A stretch of 62,145 bases of DNA, the filler included, from Pirum gemmata (Eukaryota): the NCBI GenBank assembly GCA_002812295.1. It is 10 parts of 10 records of this genome, joined end to end, with 100 filler letters (N's around TTAATTAATTAA, not from the genome) between each part and the next. Parts side by side here need not be neighbours in the genome. Positions count along the whole stretch, not along the records: positions 37,611 to 43,692 come from PDIN01000356.1; positions 43,793 to 49,842 come from PDIN01000357.1; positions 49,943 to 56,027 come from PDIN01000358.1; positions 56,128 to 62,145 come from PDIN01000359.1; 6 more parts are not named here. One strand, given 5' to 3'. Below are positions 42,858-56,213 of this stretch, in pieces. The stretch's first letter is position 1. Every line of letters begins with the position of its first letter. The translations under genes were made by a program, and so were the position numbers. The notes beneath the pieces were generated by a model that ran no database searches, was not told the DNA's origin, and saw only the letters and a list, made by a program, of their open reading frames with translations.

Positions 42858-43114
42858 TTTTTTAAATTATTTGTATCTATATATGTATAACTTATGTATT
42901 TATTTAGGGTGTTTGGGCTCAAAAACTTTTTAATTTGCAGCAAGTTACTTATATGGAAAACCCACATATAGTAACATTAATAATTAAAATGAATTTCTTT
43001 TTAAATTATTTGTATCTATATATGTATAACTTATATATTTATTTAGGGAGTTTGGGCTCAAAAACTTTTTAATTTGCAGCAAGTTACTTATATGGAAAAA
43101 CCACATATAGTAAC
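42858..43114. repeat. Tandem duplication, ~140-bp period
   Basis: TTTTTAAATTATTTGTATCTATATATGTATAAC...CCACATATAGTAAC occurs twice with few substitutions. Confidence 0.9.
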
Positions 43115-43563
43115 GAGACTGAAGTCACTGAACCAACTACAAAATAAACTAAACTAAAACTAGTTCAAATAATAGCTGAAAAGGAGTAAGTTGTTGTCTC
43201 AAGCTTTTAAGAAGTCCTTGAATAATAGCACAAAAATAAAATATTTTTGAGTAAAAGAAAAGACTTTTTCATCATTGAACTTTGATGTTCTAGCTAGCTA
43301 TAATATATACTTTAGAAATTTGCTTTCTTTTAATTTTCCTTTGCCTAGCAAGCTATCATAGAATTTTTATATAGAACACCACACACTAATAATAAGTGAC
43401 ACTATAGAACACAAGGCGCGTCTATATTGAAATTTTGTAAAATTTGTGTGTAGACTACTAGCTAGCTGTTTGTTGTGTGTGTGGTATAACAAGTTGTAGC
43501 AGCTGTTGTAGCTAGCTAGCTATGTCTACTCTGTATCATTTTCTATATCATACATACCATACA

Positions 43564-43611
<48 letters not shown>

Positions 43612-44646
43612 ATATGATACCAAAATCAACACCAATGGATCATCGAATCGAACTTTCATTTTTCTTGATTTTTGTGGATCTAGAGTGCCTTTNNNNNNNN
43701 NNNNNNNNNNNNNNNNNNNNNNNNNNNNNNNNNNNNTTAATTAATTAANNNNNNNNNNNNNNNNNNNNNNNNNNNNNNNNNNNNNNNNNNNNTTAGGTTT
43801 TGAGACTCCGCTCTAAACCAAGGAGCCACATTTACCCCGATATAATAATATATAAATTATTTATATCATTATTTTTATAGTATTTTTTATATATTTATTT
43901 TTTTAAAAATTTATCATAATATTATTATTATATATCGATAAATTGTTATTACTATTATTAGACTATATCCTGTAAATAATTATTTTTATTATTCAAATCG
44001 ATAGTACTAGTTCAATTACAGTAACTGTTGTCCTCTCAATCTTTAATTCGGTACTGTTGAAGTGTATAATTGAACTTGTTTATAAAATACAACAATAAAG
44101 TATAAAATACCAAATTAATTAAAACATGTCTAATAGTTTAATCATAATAAGAATTTGGTACGTTTATTTCAGTTTTTGAACTGAACAAATCGGTCTACTA
44201 CTAGTGACCCGGGTAGTCTAGCTACTAGCTAGCTAGCTAGTAGTAGTAGTCTATTATTGTGCTTTTCATTTATTTTGTCACTCCGAATATTTATTTGGTT
44301 GTTTATAATATTTAAATTGATACTTTTAAATAATATATATATTATAATAAAACATACCAAATTAAATGAAATGGGTTTATATTATATTAATTTGGTACTA
44401 TTTATGGTATATTTTATAGACGATAAAATATGATAACTGAAAAGCACGATAGACTAGCTAGCTAGTAGGTAGGTAGCTAGGTGCTGTAGTTTCCGGTCAA
44501 ATACAGCTTCAAATACCCCTATCTACCTCCCCTCGACGTTAATTTTCAGTCAAATACCACCTACCTACCTGCCCCTTGACGTTACGTATTATTTGAATGC
44601 TCCCTATTCAGCAAACGAAATCTGACGATATCTGACGATAGACTAA

Positions 44647-44914
44647 GGGAGCGTTCAATAATTACGTAACGCCGATTTGGGACAAAAACCTACCCTACTA
44701 CCCCCCATGTAACGGCCTGTCACGTTTGAGAAGGACTACCTACCCCTTATGANNNNNNNNNNNNNNNNNNNNNNNNNNNNNNNNNNNNNNNNNNNNNNNN
44801 NNNNNNNNNNNNNNNNNNNNNNNNNNCCTACCCCCCCTACTGTGTCACGGCCTGTCACAAAAATCCGACCCCCCCTACCTACCCCCCAGCGTTACGTAAT
44901 TATTGAACGCTCCC
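44647..44914. mobile_element. PIF/Harbinger MITE, sister family H2 (spans an N gap)
   Basis: Perfect 26-bp TIR GGGAGCGTTCAATAATTACGTAACGC with TAA TSD on both sides. The interior differs from H1. Confidence 0.88.
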
Positions 44915-45975
44915 TAACACACGAAAATACACTGAAAATACTATGAAAATTGACGAATTCTCTTTCATCAATTCGAGTTTCAGTGTTATTAGATCGAACA
45001 ATTGAGATCGGAGGGTTTAGATTGTTCTAGTCAGTATTTATTTATAAATAATATCTAACTCGAAAACCGAACAAAGGGCTGTGTCTGTAACTGTTATATT
45101 ATCTGATACAAATAATATTATATAATAAAAAGTATGAGTTTTAATATATTATAAGAACCGGGTTAAAGTTAGGGTTAGGGTTAGGGTTAAGGTTTAATAG
45201 GGTTAAGGTTAGAGGGTTAGGGTTAGGGTTAGGGTTAAGGTTGGGGTTGGGGTTAGGGTTGGGGTTAGGGTTAGGGTTAGGGTTAGGGTTAGGGTTAGGG
45301 TTAGGTAGAAGCTCTTGTATTACCGTAATATTATTACCAAAATTTATTTTTACTTTATTGTATAGTCTAAAGAGTCTCAAGAGTTATAGTTTATTTTAAC
45401 CTCGAACGCGAACGCAGACTTGTTATCACGGGAGCCACTTGGTCTCAAGAGTTATAGTTTATTTTAACCTTGGGTAGTAGGTATGGTGTGGTTATCTATT
45501 TTAATTATCAAAATTATCCAAATATAATTAATATTATATGATAATATTATAAATGGACTTGTGGTTTTGGGTATTTTTGGGTCCACCTCCCTCCCTATTT
45601 TTATATAGACTATCTATAGTAATATCGTAGTTTCTGACAATATTAAAATAGACAAATTTGACAAATCACTACTAAATTACTATTATTGTTGATATATTCG
45701 TCATTGTTATGATAATAATTTTGTTGTTGTTGACATGGTCACATGGTTGCATGTAGGTTTTTCACTTCTTGTATTGGTTAACTTTATAAGTTTTGTTGTA
45801 TGTTGTTTGTTTATTATGTCTGTAAAAAATGAAAGTAAAAATTTTAATATAGCTAATTGATTATTACACATATAATATCAATAAATGCACTTCGGTGTAG
45901 TTTAGGTTGTTGTTGTTGTTGTTGTGGTGGTGGTGGTGGTGGTGGTGGTGGTGGTGGTGGTGGTGGTGGTGGTAG

Positions 45976-46006
<31 letters not shown>

Positions 46007-47994
46007 GGTAGTGGTAGTGGTGATGGTGATGGTGGTGGTGGTGATGGTGATGGTGGTGGTGGGTTGTTGTTGTTGTTGTTGGACAACACTATTGAAAAAC
46101 ACGATAATAATATCATAATAAAACTATCATACTCTTTCGATATTTAATATGACCATACTTTTCAGGGACTCTACAACTCACTACTACAACTCACGCAACT
46201 ACTGCTAGCTTGAATTTTTTTTTGGCTCGGTTCGAATCGGCAGAAATAATCATTACCGAACATATGTGTCCTCGCACTTTGACTTGAACGAACGCAGCAC
46301 CTCAGAACGCTGAACGCTCCCTGGATCTTTTTTGTTTTTTTTTATCATATTAGAATAGTAGGGGTGAGATATCTACTGGAACTTTTTTCGAACAGATGCT
46401 TATCGAGTCAACCTTAGTTCCATGTTTCTTACTAATAATAGTATTTAAATAGCTTAAAATAGTAAATTTAATTATAGTAGATACCAATTAAAGTAAAGAT
46501 ATTAATATTAATAGTAATAAAACCATAAAAATCGGAAAAGTTCTGGCAGCTGCTCGATAATAATAAAATGACGTCATCTCACCCCTACTATTAGAATATA
46601 TTATTAAGACTACATTACAAAAATAATTATTTTTTAAATTTTTGCTAGAAAATTTTTGATTTATTTATGATAAAAAAAAAAAAAATCGATACATCATGAA
46701 AGTCAAAGGCCCCAGGAAAAAAAGAAATGACAGAGCTGTGACAGCTCTATTAGTTGAAAAAAATACCCTGAAATTGTCGCCCAAATTTTAACCAAAATAA
46801 GACAATTTCTTCGTAATTTCTATATATGGTTACATTGTGCTACTTAATTAAGTATCTATCAGCCATCATTCTTTTGAGCTGGCCATGTGGGGCGAATTTT
46901 GAAGGTATGTTTACAAAATAATGGAGTGACATACCACACTCATACCACATACCTGATGTATTATTGGCATTATTGAAGTATTATTGACATATACTGTATA
47001 CATTATAAAATTTGTAATGATGTTTATGTTACAGAGTATATTTGAGATATTTCGTATGCTATCTCAAATTGGGCTGAGAATGGTTGACCAGATAAGAAAC
47101 AAATCAAACTCAACACTATATTCGGAGTGACAAAATAAATGAAATGCACAATATTGATATCAGATATCATAAATACAAATCGTTATGATAACTACTTTAG
47201 CTTACTTTAGCTTCTAAAGTAGACTAGCTAGTAGCTAGTCAGTAGGAAAAAAAGTGGAAACCCAATTTTTTTTTTTATTTTTATTTTTTTTTTTTTTTTT
47301 TTTGTAGACTAGTCTATGAGTGAAATAATTATTATCATAATTATTATGATAAATTTTATTAATAAATGAGGGCTAGAAAGAAAATGAGGGCACTCCAAAA
47401 ATACCATATTAAGGTAAACAGCTTTCCATTTAAGGTAAAACTGTACCCATCAGAGGATTAGGCAAAAATGAGTGACCCAAAAGTTGGGCCGAAACTTTTT
47501 TTTTTAGGATTTTTTCTGTTGAAAAAAAAAGTAATAATAATTTTTAAAAAAAAATAAATAAGTCCTATCATTGGCCTCTCTTGAGCGGTTACAAATACCC
47601 TCCTATATAAAAAAAGGCTATAATAGTCTCATTTATATAAATAAGGTAAAAAAACCCCTCAACCACAAAAATTAACTTTTTTATACTTTTTTTATTTTTT
47701 TCTAGAACAAGAAGAAAAAAAAGCAAAAATTTATAAAGTGACAACCTTAGCTCATCCAAACTTTATTGGTGTCTTTTTACCTAAAAAAGAACTATTTGCC
47801 AAATAAGTAGTATTTTACAATTTTACAATTATTACTGTAGTAATAGTACCGGTATACCGTATGGGTGCATTCCGAATGTTTATTTGTTTGGTTATAATTT
47901 TTTAATTGACATTTTTAAATGAATAAATGGATAATAAAATATACCAAATTAAATAAAATGATGACAAAACAACTGAAAAGCACTAGCATTTTCC

Positions 47995-48230
47995 AGGAGG
48001 GGTGAGAACTCTTATGGCGAACTTTTTTGACCGAGGCACAAAGTAAAATGTTGTTTGCCTGTTTCGTCTTACCATATTTAGTATTTGTAACTATTTATTT
48101 AGTAACTACCTATTTAAGTAGTTACTTTAAAAAGAGTTTATTATATTATTTATAGTAACTTTAGGCAAATTTCTGGAAGTTCGCCGGTCCAAGCATCCAA
48201 TTGGTAAGATGACGTCATCTCATCCCTCCT
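47995..48230. mobile_element. MITE family E2 (236 bp) with 8-bp TSD; second copy 62027-62145 cut by the window end
   Basis: TIR AGGAGGGGTGAGA...TCTCATCCCTCCT. TSD CATTTTCC at 47987-47994 and 48231-48238. Confidence 0.9.
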
Positions 48231-50100
48231 CATTTTCCAAATGTGTATAACATTAACAATTTGTATCACTTTGCCCTCGCCGAGATCTAGTGTATAACAC
48301 ATGTGTATAATAATATAATACATCATTATGAATTTATGATGTCTACAGCTGATGTCTACAGAATATTATATTTTAAAAATTATAAATTATTTATAATAGA
48401 ATACTTATATGATAGAATCTTGTACTCGAATCTTGTTTACAAGCCTAACTTGTATGACACGACTTACCCACAACTCATTTATCGATAATGTGCGTTTTAA
48501 AAAATTATTGCTATCTGATATGATAATATCATACTATACAATTTTTTAATTAATTATTTTAAAAGACTTCAGTTTTTAATTATTTTAACCCCGTTTGGTT
48601 TGTTTCCGTTTTGAGAGTTCGATTAAAAAATAATATTATTGTGCTTTTCAGTTGTTTTGTCATCATAAAATATACAATAAACAGTACTAAATTAATACAA
48701 TATGAACCATTTAATTTAATTTGGTATTTATTTATTTAAAAAAATGTCTATATTATAACCCTCCAAATAAACATTCTGAGTGACAAAATAAATGAAAAGC
48801 ACGATAAAAAAAACTCGATTCAACAAAAGATGGATTTTAGACTAAGACTTTAGCACAAAGAACCCATTTTATGATAGCTACTAAGCTAGCTAGCTAGAGT
48901 CTAGCTAGCACCACTATCGTGCTTCTCATTTATTTTATCACTCTGAATATTTATCTGGAGTGTTATAATATTTAAATTGATATTTTTAAGTTTATACATA
49001 TATAGCTAATAAAATATATCAAATTAAATTAAATGGATTTGTATTACTAACCCTATTGTATATTAAATTTTTATGATGACAAAACAACTGAAAAGCACCA
49101 CCAGTTAGTCTAGTAATATATCGATAATGATAGTAGACCTCTATCGATACAATCAACTAGACACTCTACAGACTCTATGCATGCCCACATGTTATAATAA
49201 ATATGATATCAAAATTTGATATATCGATATTATAGACTATATATTATACTTTGTTTATATAGTCTAAAAGACTCCATTTCTTTTTTCTGGGGTCTTTGAG
49301 ACTTTGCTAGATGGGGGTATTCAGAACTTATTGATTAGCTTTTTAATTTTTTTTAAAAAATATCCGGAAAGTCACATGATGCATAAACATAGCTATAAAT
49401 ATCGAGTTTAACTATTAAAATTTTAACTTTGATAACGCTCTTTCAAAAAAAAAAAAAAAATGACATTTATTATTTAACCCCTCTAACCCCTCTATATATA
49501 AACCTTTGCCCTCTAACCCAAGCTATTATTTTTGAATACCTGCAATTTATCGTCCTCTAATTTGATAGTCTACTGTGAACTCTTTTTTTAAAAAAAGTGT
49601 ATAATCGAACTTGTTTATATAAATACAATAGTAATACAATATTAATTATAAAATACCAAAATAATTAAAACATGCTTGAGCAGCTTGACAGACCTTGACA
49701 GACCTTGACAGACTCCAATAATAACATATATGACAGGTCTAGGGCCTATACCGCAGGCCCCGCCCCACCCACAAGAACAACAATAATAATTATAATAATA
49801 ATAATAATAATAATAATCAACATAATAATGATAATAATAACANNNNNNNNNNNNNNNNNNNNNNNNNNNNNNNNNNNNNNNNNNNNTTAATTAATTAANN
49901 NNNNNNNNNNNNNNNNNNNNNNNNNNNNNNNNNNNNNNNNNNTAATATTAATAATAATAATAATAATTAATAATTAATAATAATAATAATCATTTATTAT
50001 ATTATATAATATAACGTTTTTTATAACTAATACCAACATTACTCAAACTAAATAATTTTGTATAAAATATTATTATCAATAATTTTAAAATACTAAAAAC

Positions 50101-50952
50101 ATGTACCTTGGAACCGGAAATGCAATCGCAACCAACATGGACGATCTTTGGCGCCCTTGGAAACATAGCAAGGAGGAAGATGTTATGGAAATAGAATTAG
50201 ATTTGAGCTCTTCAGAAAGCGAACTGGAATCTAAAAGAATAAATCTAGAATTTGAAAGACAAGATCATTTCCACTACGATGTTAACAATAGCAGTACCAG
50301 TTTTAACAATTATAATGATAATGATAACATTGGTAGCATTAGTACAAATATTTATTCAAAATGTTATACAAATAGTGATCCAAGAACGCCTGAATTGTTA
50401 TATCGTGATAATAATGATTTTGATAATAACAATAATAAGAACAGCATCATCAGCAACAACAACAATAATGCTAATAATAATAATGACATTAACAGAACGT
50501 ATTATAACTGTCATAGGCGTTATAGCTTTAATAATTATAATAATTACCATTACTTTTCTACTGTTCATTTAGAAAAAAGACGCCATAGTTTAGATTTCCA
50601 AAGAAAACAAAACATAAGCAAAAGTAGTACAGAATTGAGCAATAATACCACCCTCACTACCAAATCCCATCCCAAAAACTTCTATAATATTTCAAATTTT
50701 CATTTTGTCACTAACAATACAAAGCTCTTTAAAATGAATGGTTCTAAACGGCCAAGAAAAAGAGAGGCTATTACTAGGGTAGACAACCCTTGTAAACACT
50801 GTGGTGAAATTACGTCTTGTACTTGGAGACCAGGGCCGGGAGGAAGCGCTTCTTTATGCAATACTTGTGGTTGCTATTATCGGAAGTATGGTGGATTGAA
50901 TATGTCAAGAAAAGATTTAAAAGTCACACCAACTACTGAAAACTTATCTTGA
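50101..50952 (+). CDS. GATA-type zinc-finger transcription factor (C-X2-C-X18-C-X2-C, type IVb)
   Basis: CKHC-GEITSCTWRPGPGGSASL-CNTCGCYYRKYG near the C-terminus, with an Asn-rich low-complexity N-terminal region. Confidence 0.88.
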   Translation: MYLGTGNAIATNMDDLWRPWKHSKEEDVMEIELDLSSSESELESKRINLEFERQDHFHYDVNNSSTSFNNYNDNDNIGSISTNIYSKCYTNSDPRTPELLYRDNNDFDNNNNKNSIISNNNNNANNNNDINRTYYNCHRRYSFNNYNNYHYFSTVHLEKRRHSLDFQRKQNISKSSTELSNNTTLTTKSHPKNFYNISNFHFVTNNTKLFKMNGSKRPRKREAITRVDNPCKHCGEITSCTWRPGPGGSASLCNTCGCYYRKYGGLNMSRKDLKVTPTTENLS

Positions 50953-51271
50953 TGTATGTTAAATTTTTTAAAAAATATTAAACAAATGATAATTGACAAT
51001 ACTAGATAATAGTTATTAAAACAATAATTTAAAATAATAATAATAATAATAATAATAATAATTAATAATTTACAAATTTATTTATTTTGAATATGTATAG
51101 AGGGTAATTATGTGTGAATCTCTATTAAATTCGGCCACCATGCCCTCCGTTCTTATGTATATTCTCTCTAATCTTGAGAATTATTGTTTCTATACTTTCA
51201 TATTTTTCTATGTGCAGGATAGCTACAGGATTATATTGAAATATCAATTATCATAATAACTCAATTTCAAA

Positions 51272-53049
51272 TTAAAAACGACCAGATTTTCTAAAGTCTT
51301 CTCCAGGGTACACAGCGTCAGCGCCCATTTCTTCATTGATACGCAATAATTGATTATATTTAGCTAATCTTTCGGAACGACAAGGGGCACCAGTTTTAAG
51401 GTGACCAGTACCAAGAGCAACTGTTAAATCAGCAATGAAGGTATCCTCAGTTTCACCACTTCGATGGGATACAAATACTCCCCATTCTTGGGATACACAA
51501 AGTTTGTAAGCATCGATAGCTTCGGAAATGGAACCAATTTGGTTGACTTTCAAAAGCATCGCGTTAGTGGCAGTGTTATCAATACCCTTTTGTACTAGTT
51601 TAGGGTTAGTACAGTATAAGTCATCTCCTACAATTTCAACTGTAGCTCCAATTTTTTTGGTTAACATAGCGTGGCCTTCAAAGTCATTTTCGTCACATGG
51701 ATCTTCGATTAAAACAATAGGGTATTTTTCACACCAGCCAGCCCAAGCATCAACAAGTTGTTCTCGTGATAACATGCGGTCAGCTGCAGTTTCTCCATCT
51801 ACTTTAAAGTCCAAATCGTAACAAGCTTTTTCTTTGTTGTACCATTCAGAAGCAGCAGGGTCGGAACCTATTTTAATTTTGCCAGTGTATCCAGCTTTTT
51901 CAATAGCTTGTACCAACATTTCCAAAGCTTCATCGATATCTTTCATGTTAGGTGCAAAGCCTCCTTCGTCACCAACAGCAGTAGAGTCTATACCAAATTT
52001 AGCTTTCAATAAACCTTTAAGGGTATGGTAAGTCTCGGATCCCATTTTCATAGCTTCAGTAAAATTAGTAGCACCAGTAGGGATTAAGAAAAATTCTTGT
52101 GGAGCAAGAGAGTTACCAGCATGTACACCACCATTAATAACGTTGAAGCATGGCACAGGCATAACCATTTTAGGGGAGCCAGCTAATTCGTTCAAGAATT
52201 TATAAAGTGGCATGGATTTAGAAGCGGCAGCAGCACGGCAAGCAGCCATGGACACACCAAGGATAGCGTTAGCTCCAAGTTTGGATTTATTTGGAGTTCC
52301 ATCTAATTCCATCATTTTAGCATCTAAAGCACGGATATCAACAACATCCATACCAGTAAGAGCAGGGGCGATGATTTCTTTAACATTTTTGACAGCAGTT
52401 AAAACACCTTTGCCCATGTAGTCACTTCCTCCATCACGAAGCTCGCAAGCTTCATTTTCACCAGTGGATGCACCAGAAGGAACATCAGCACGGAATAACC
52501 CCTATATATATATATATTTATTAATTAGTAATCAAAAGTAAAGTGTAAAATACAAGTAAAGTGTAAAATATAAGTAAAGTGTAAAATATAAGTAAAGTGT
52601 AAAAGATAAGCAAAGTACCCAGTACTCGAAGTTGAATTATTGCACAATAAAGAGTACAATAATAATAATAATTAATAATATTAAAAAAAATTAATAATAA
52701 TAAATAATAATAATATTTAATAAAAATAAAGATTAATAATAACAATAACATAGTAAAGAGTAAAATAATATTTAATTAATAATAATAATAATAATTGATA
52801 TTAAAAAAAATAACATTGATCAACAATAATAATGATTAAAATAACAATAATGATTAATAATAATAATGATTAATAATAATAATGATAATAATAACAATGA
52901 TTAATAATAATTAATAATAACAACGATTAATAATAATAATAATAATAATAATTGAAGCGTACCAATTCAGTTTTAAGCTCAACCTCCACTGTTGGGTTAC
53001 CACGAGAATCAAAGATTTGTCTTGCGTGCAAAGATTGAATAGTAGACAT
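51272..53049 (-). CDS. ENO: Enolase, 438 aa; exons 53049-52963 and 52501-51272
   Basis: Exon 1 encodes [29 protein letters not shown], followed by a phase-0 GT-AG intron and [18 protein letters not shown]. Motifs [21 protein letters not shown] and [20 protein letters not shown] are present. Confidence 0.98.
52546..52616. repeat. 18-bp tandem repeat (x4) in the enolase intron
   Basis: AAGTAAAGTGTAAAATA(C/T) units. Confidence 0.85.
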
Positions 53050-55157
53050 ATTTCTTGATGTGTTTTTTTTTTTTGTTACTAATAATGTTTTTTTTATTAT
53101 TATTATTGAGTATTGAATATTTAAAAAATGAAACTCTGACAAAAGTTAATGGTTATATATAGTATTTTATGATATAAGAATTATTTTATTTAATTTTATA
53201 TCTCAGTTTTTTATTTTTTATTTTTTGTTATTTTTTATTTTTTTTGCTTTGTTATTATTTTTTGTTTTAGATATTATTATTATTGTGAAATAAATAAGAT
53301 AATCTTTTACCTCCTTCTTTGGGCTTCTTTGGATTTACAAATTACAATAGACTATCACGATAGTCTATTAGGTGAGTGGGGTAGGTCACTGTAGGTGGGG
53401 TATACATCTAGTAGCTGGGACTATCAGATAGCTAGCTAGGTAGCTACTAGCTAGGGGGGTATCAAGGTTGATAGGGTATACTGATAGACTAGCTAGCTAG
53501 ACTAGCTAGCTAGGAGGTGGGTGGGTGAGGGGGTAGGTAGGAAAAGTGAGACAGGTGGTCGGCACTGACTCGGCAGTCAAGGTTGGTTGTGGGTACAGTA
53601 GTTGCCTTCATCACAGACTCTGAGACTCGCAGTTGCTAAAATAATACGGTAATCTGAATATCATACTGGAATATCATATCGAGTTTCTTTTTATTAGAAG
53701 TTTCTTGGATTTTGTTTATAAATATTGAAAATGTAAGGCTTTTCTTCTATTTTTTTCTAGTAGACTATATATCATAGTCTAATGTGTTTTTCTTATATCT
53801 TACTAGTTCCATCTACTAGCTAGCTAGCTACTAGTAGTTATGATAGCTATTATGGTCAGCTGATTATGGTACCAAACATACTCCCAATATATATTATCAT
53901 GACACGGTTGAACAGCGGTTGAACTTGATACCGCCATTAATACCTATACTATTAATAATACTACTGTCACAATAAGAACACACCACTATTATATTATTGA
54001 AATCATAGATACTTGAAATTAATGTTCGAATGCTAATATTATTAGTACTAAAGTTTTTATTATTATTATTGGTTTGTATTTATTAATAACGTATTGTATT
54101 GTATTAATATAATTTGTACTTAATTTGTATTGTATTGTATAATGTGTACTATATATTATTACATTAACCGTATTGTACAGCATTATATTGTAGTGTATTG
54201 TATGATACATGTTTTGTGTTTTGTATAGAATCGCATCATATTTAATTGTATCGTATTGCATGGGATATATTGGTATTGTATGTTTTTCAGTGTTGTGTTT
54301 GTTTTGTATAACTCAAAAATATATATAAATGCCAGTGAGAGCAAAAAAAGACTAAAAAAAGCAAGAATCACATCTGAGAATCACATGATAATAAAAGTAT
54401 CATAGTCTGTATGATAAAAACTGGTTAGGATAGAGTCTCAGTGTTGAGTCTGTTGACAATATCAAAATGATATAAAAATATAGTCTATTATTTTTATAGG
54501 ACTGAAATTCAGTGCCACTGAATGGATCATTTTTTTTCCAACCTTTTTTTACTCTTTTTTTTTTTTTTTTATTTTTTATTGAGCTTTGATCGAAAACTCA
54601 CACGTGATGTTGTTTGCTGGTTGTTTGTGGTACTACTTATTATCATGATACTACCAGCTAGTCTAGTCCTAGCTAGCTAGCTAGCTAGCTATCATAATCT
54701 ATCATAGCTATCCGATAGCTAGCTCTAGCTACTAGCTAGTAGTAGCCTCTCAGGTAGTAAGTCTAGATATAGTAAGGGTAAGTAGCTAGGGGTAAGTAGC
54801 CTTAGTAGTAGCTAGCTAGCTATGATAGTACCAGCTAGCTACCCTTTTTACACATATGTCCGAAAATCTCAAATCTATTAAATACCTATTACATTACTTA
54901 TGTTTGAAAACTGAAAATTCTATTGAAATTTAAAAGTTGGATAGACTTGAACAACCACATGGCTGACCACATGCTATTTTTTTTTCAGTCTAGAGTCTAG
55001 ACTAATCAAAAGCTAATAGACTAATAACCACCCCTAGCTAGCTAGCTAGTAGCTACAGTCTAGCTATGACCAGCTACTATCAATCATACCTGCTACTGCT
55101 AGCTAGCTAGCTAGAGACCAAAATTCGTCTGACTGTGGCTCATACTGAAAAAAAAAA

Positions 55158-55188
<31 letters not shown>

Positions 55189-55909
55189 AATTGAAAAAAT
55201 ATATATTTTTGCACCCATGTTCCCGACAAATCGAAAAACCCTTGTCTGGCTCATTCGGGTGTCTGTTAGCTTCGGCTCCGAAAATGTGCTCGTACAAAAA
55301 GCCTCAATTTTTTTTTTTTTTTTTTTTATGTATGATACAGAATGGAAAAATCGAATATGTATATTGGAATACTTGGAATAAGAGAACTTACAAAACTAAT
55401 CAGGAAAACAAGAAACTTTCTCAATAATAAAACGGTAAAATAAAACAAAAATTACTAAAAAAAAAGCTTTTTTCTGGTCCCGAAATCGATAAATTTTTGG
55501 GTTTTGAAACATTTGGCTTCGGAACGGGATGCAAAACATTTCGGACGGGCGGCTACCGGACAAGAACCTTTTCGGACCGTAACATCATACGTCATTTTGG
55601 TATCTTGAAAAAGAAAGCTCACAAAGTGCTCACAATTATTTTTTCTTTTTTGATGGCCTTTTTTTTGTGTTTTTTTCTTCTAAAAATGAGAACACTATTA
55701 CCATTATAAGTAAAATATTTACTCGTAGTATACAAATTAAGAATCCAAAAATAGAAAATTTTTTGGAGCATGTACAGTATGAAAAAACTGGCTACATTTC
55801 AAAAATGGTGGAACCAAAATTTTGGAACCAAGGCTTATTGATAGTACTATTATTATTATTAATGTTGCTGCTGTTGCTGTTGCTACTGTTGTTACTTGTT
55901 GTTGTTGTA

Positions 55910-55981
<72 letters not shown>

Positions 55982-56171
55982 CGCTGTTGTTGTTGTACAT
56001 ATTGTCGTTGTTGTTGTTGTTGTGGTTNNNNNNNNNNNNNNNNNNNNNNNNNNNNNNNNNNNNNNNNNNNNTTAATTAATTAANNNNNNNNNNNNNNNNN
56101 NNNNNNNNNNNNNNNNNNNNNNNNNNNTAATAATAATAATAATATAATAAATAATAGAATAAGTAATAAAG

Positions 56172-56182
56172 ATGGTCAATCC

Positions 56183-56213
<31 letters not shown>

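Noticed and set aside
45853..46147. Poly-P/Q, poly-G/C, poly-T and poly-V ORFs
   Set aside because: These are translations of GTT/GGT microsatellites running into a family-B end fragment, with no coding evidence.
51528..52421. Plus-strand ORFs inside enolase, and minus-strand ORFs inside Hsp104
   Set aside because: They are antisense shadows of conserved genes.
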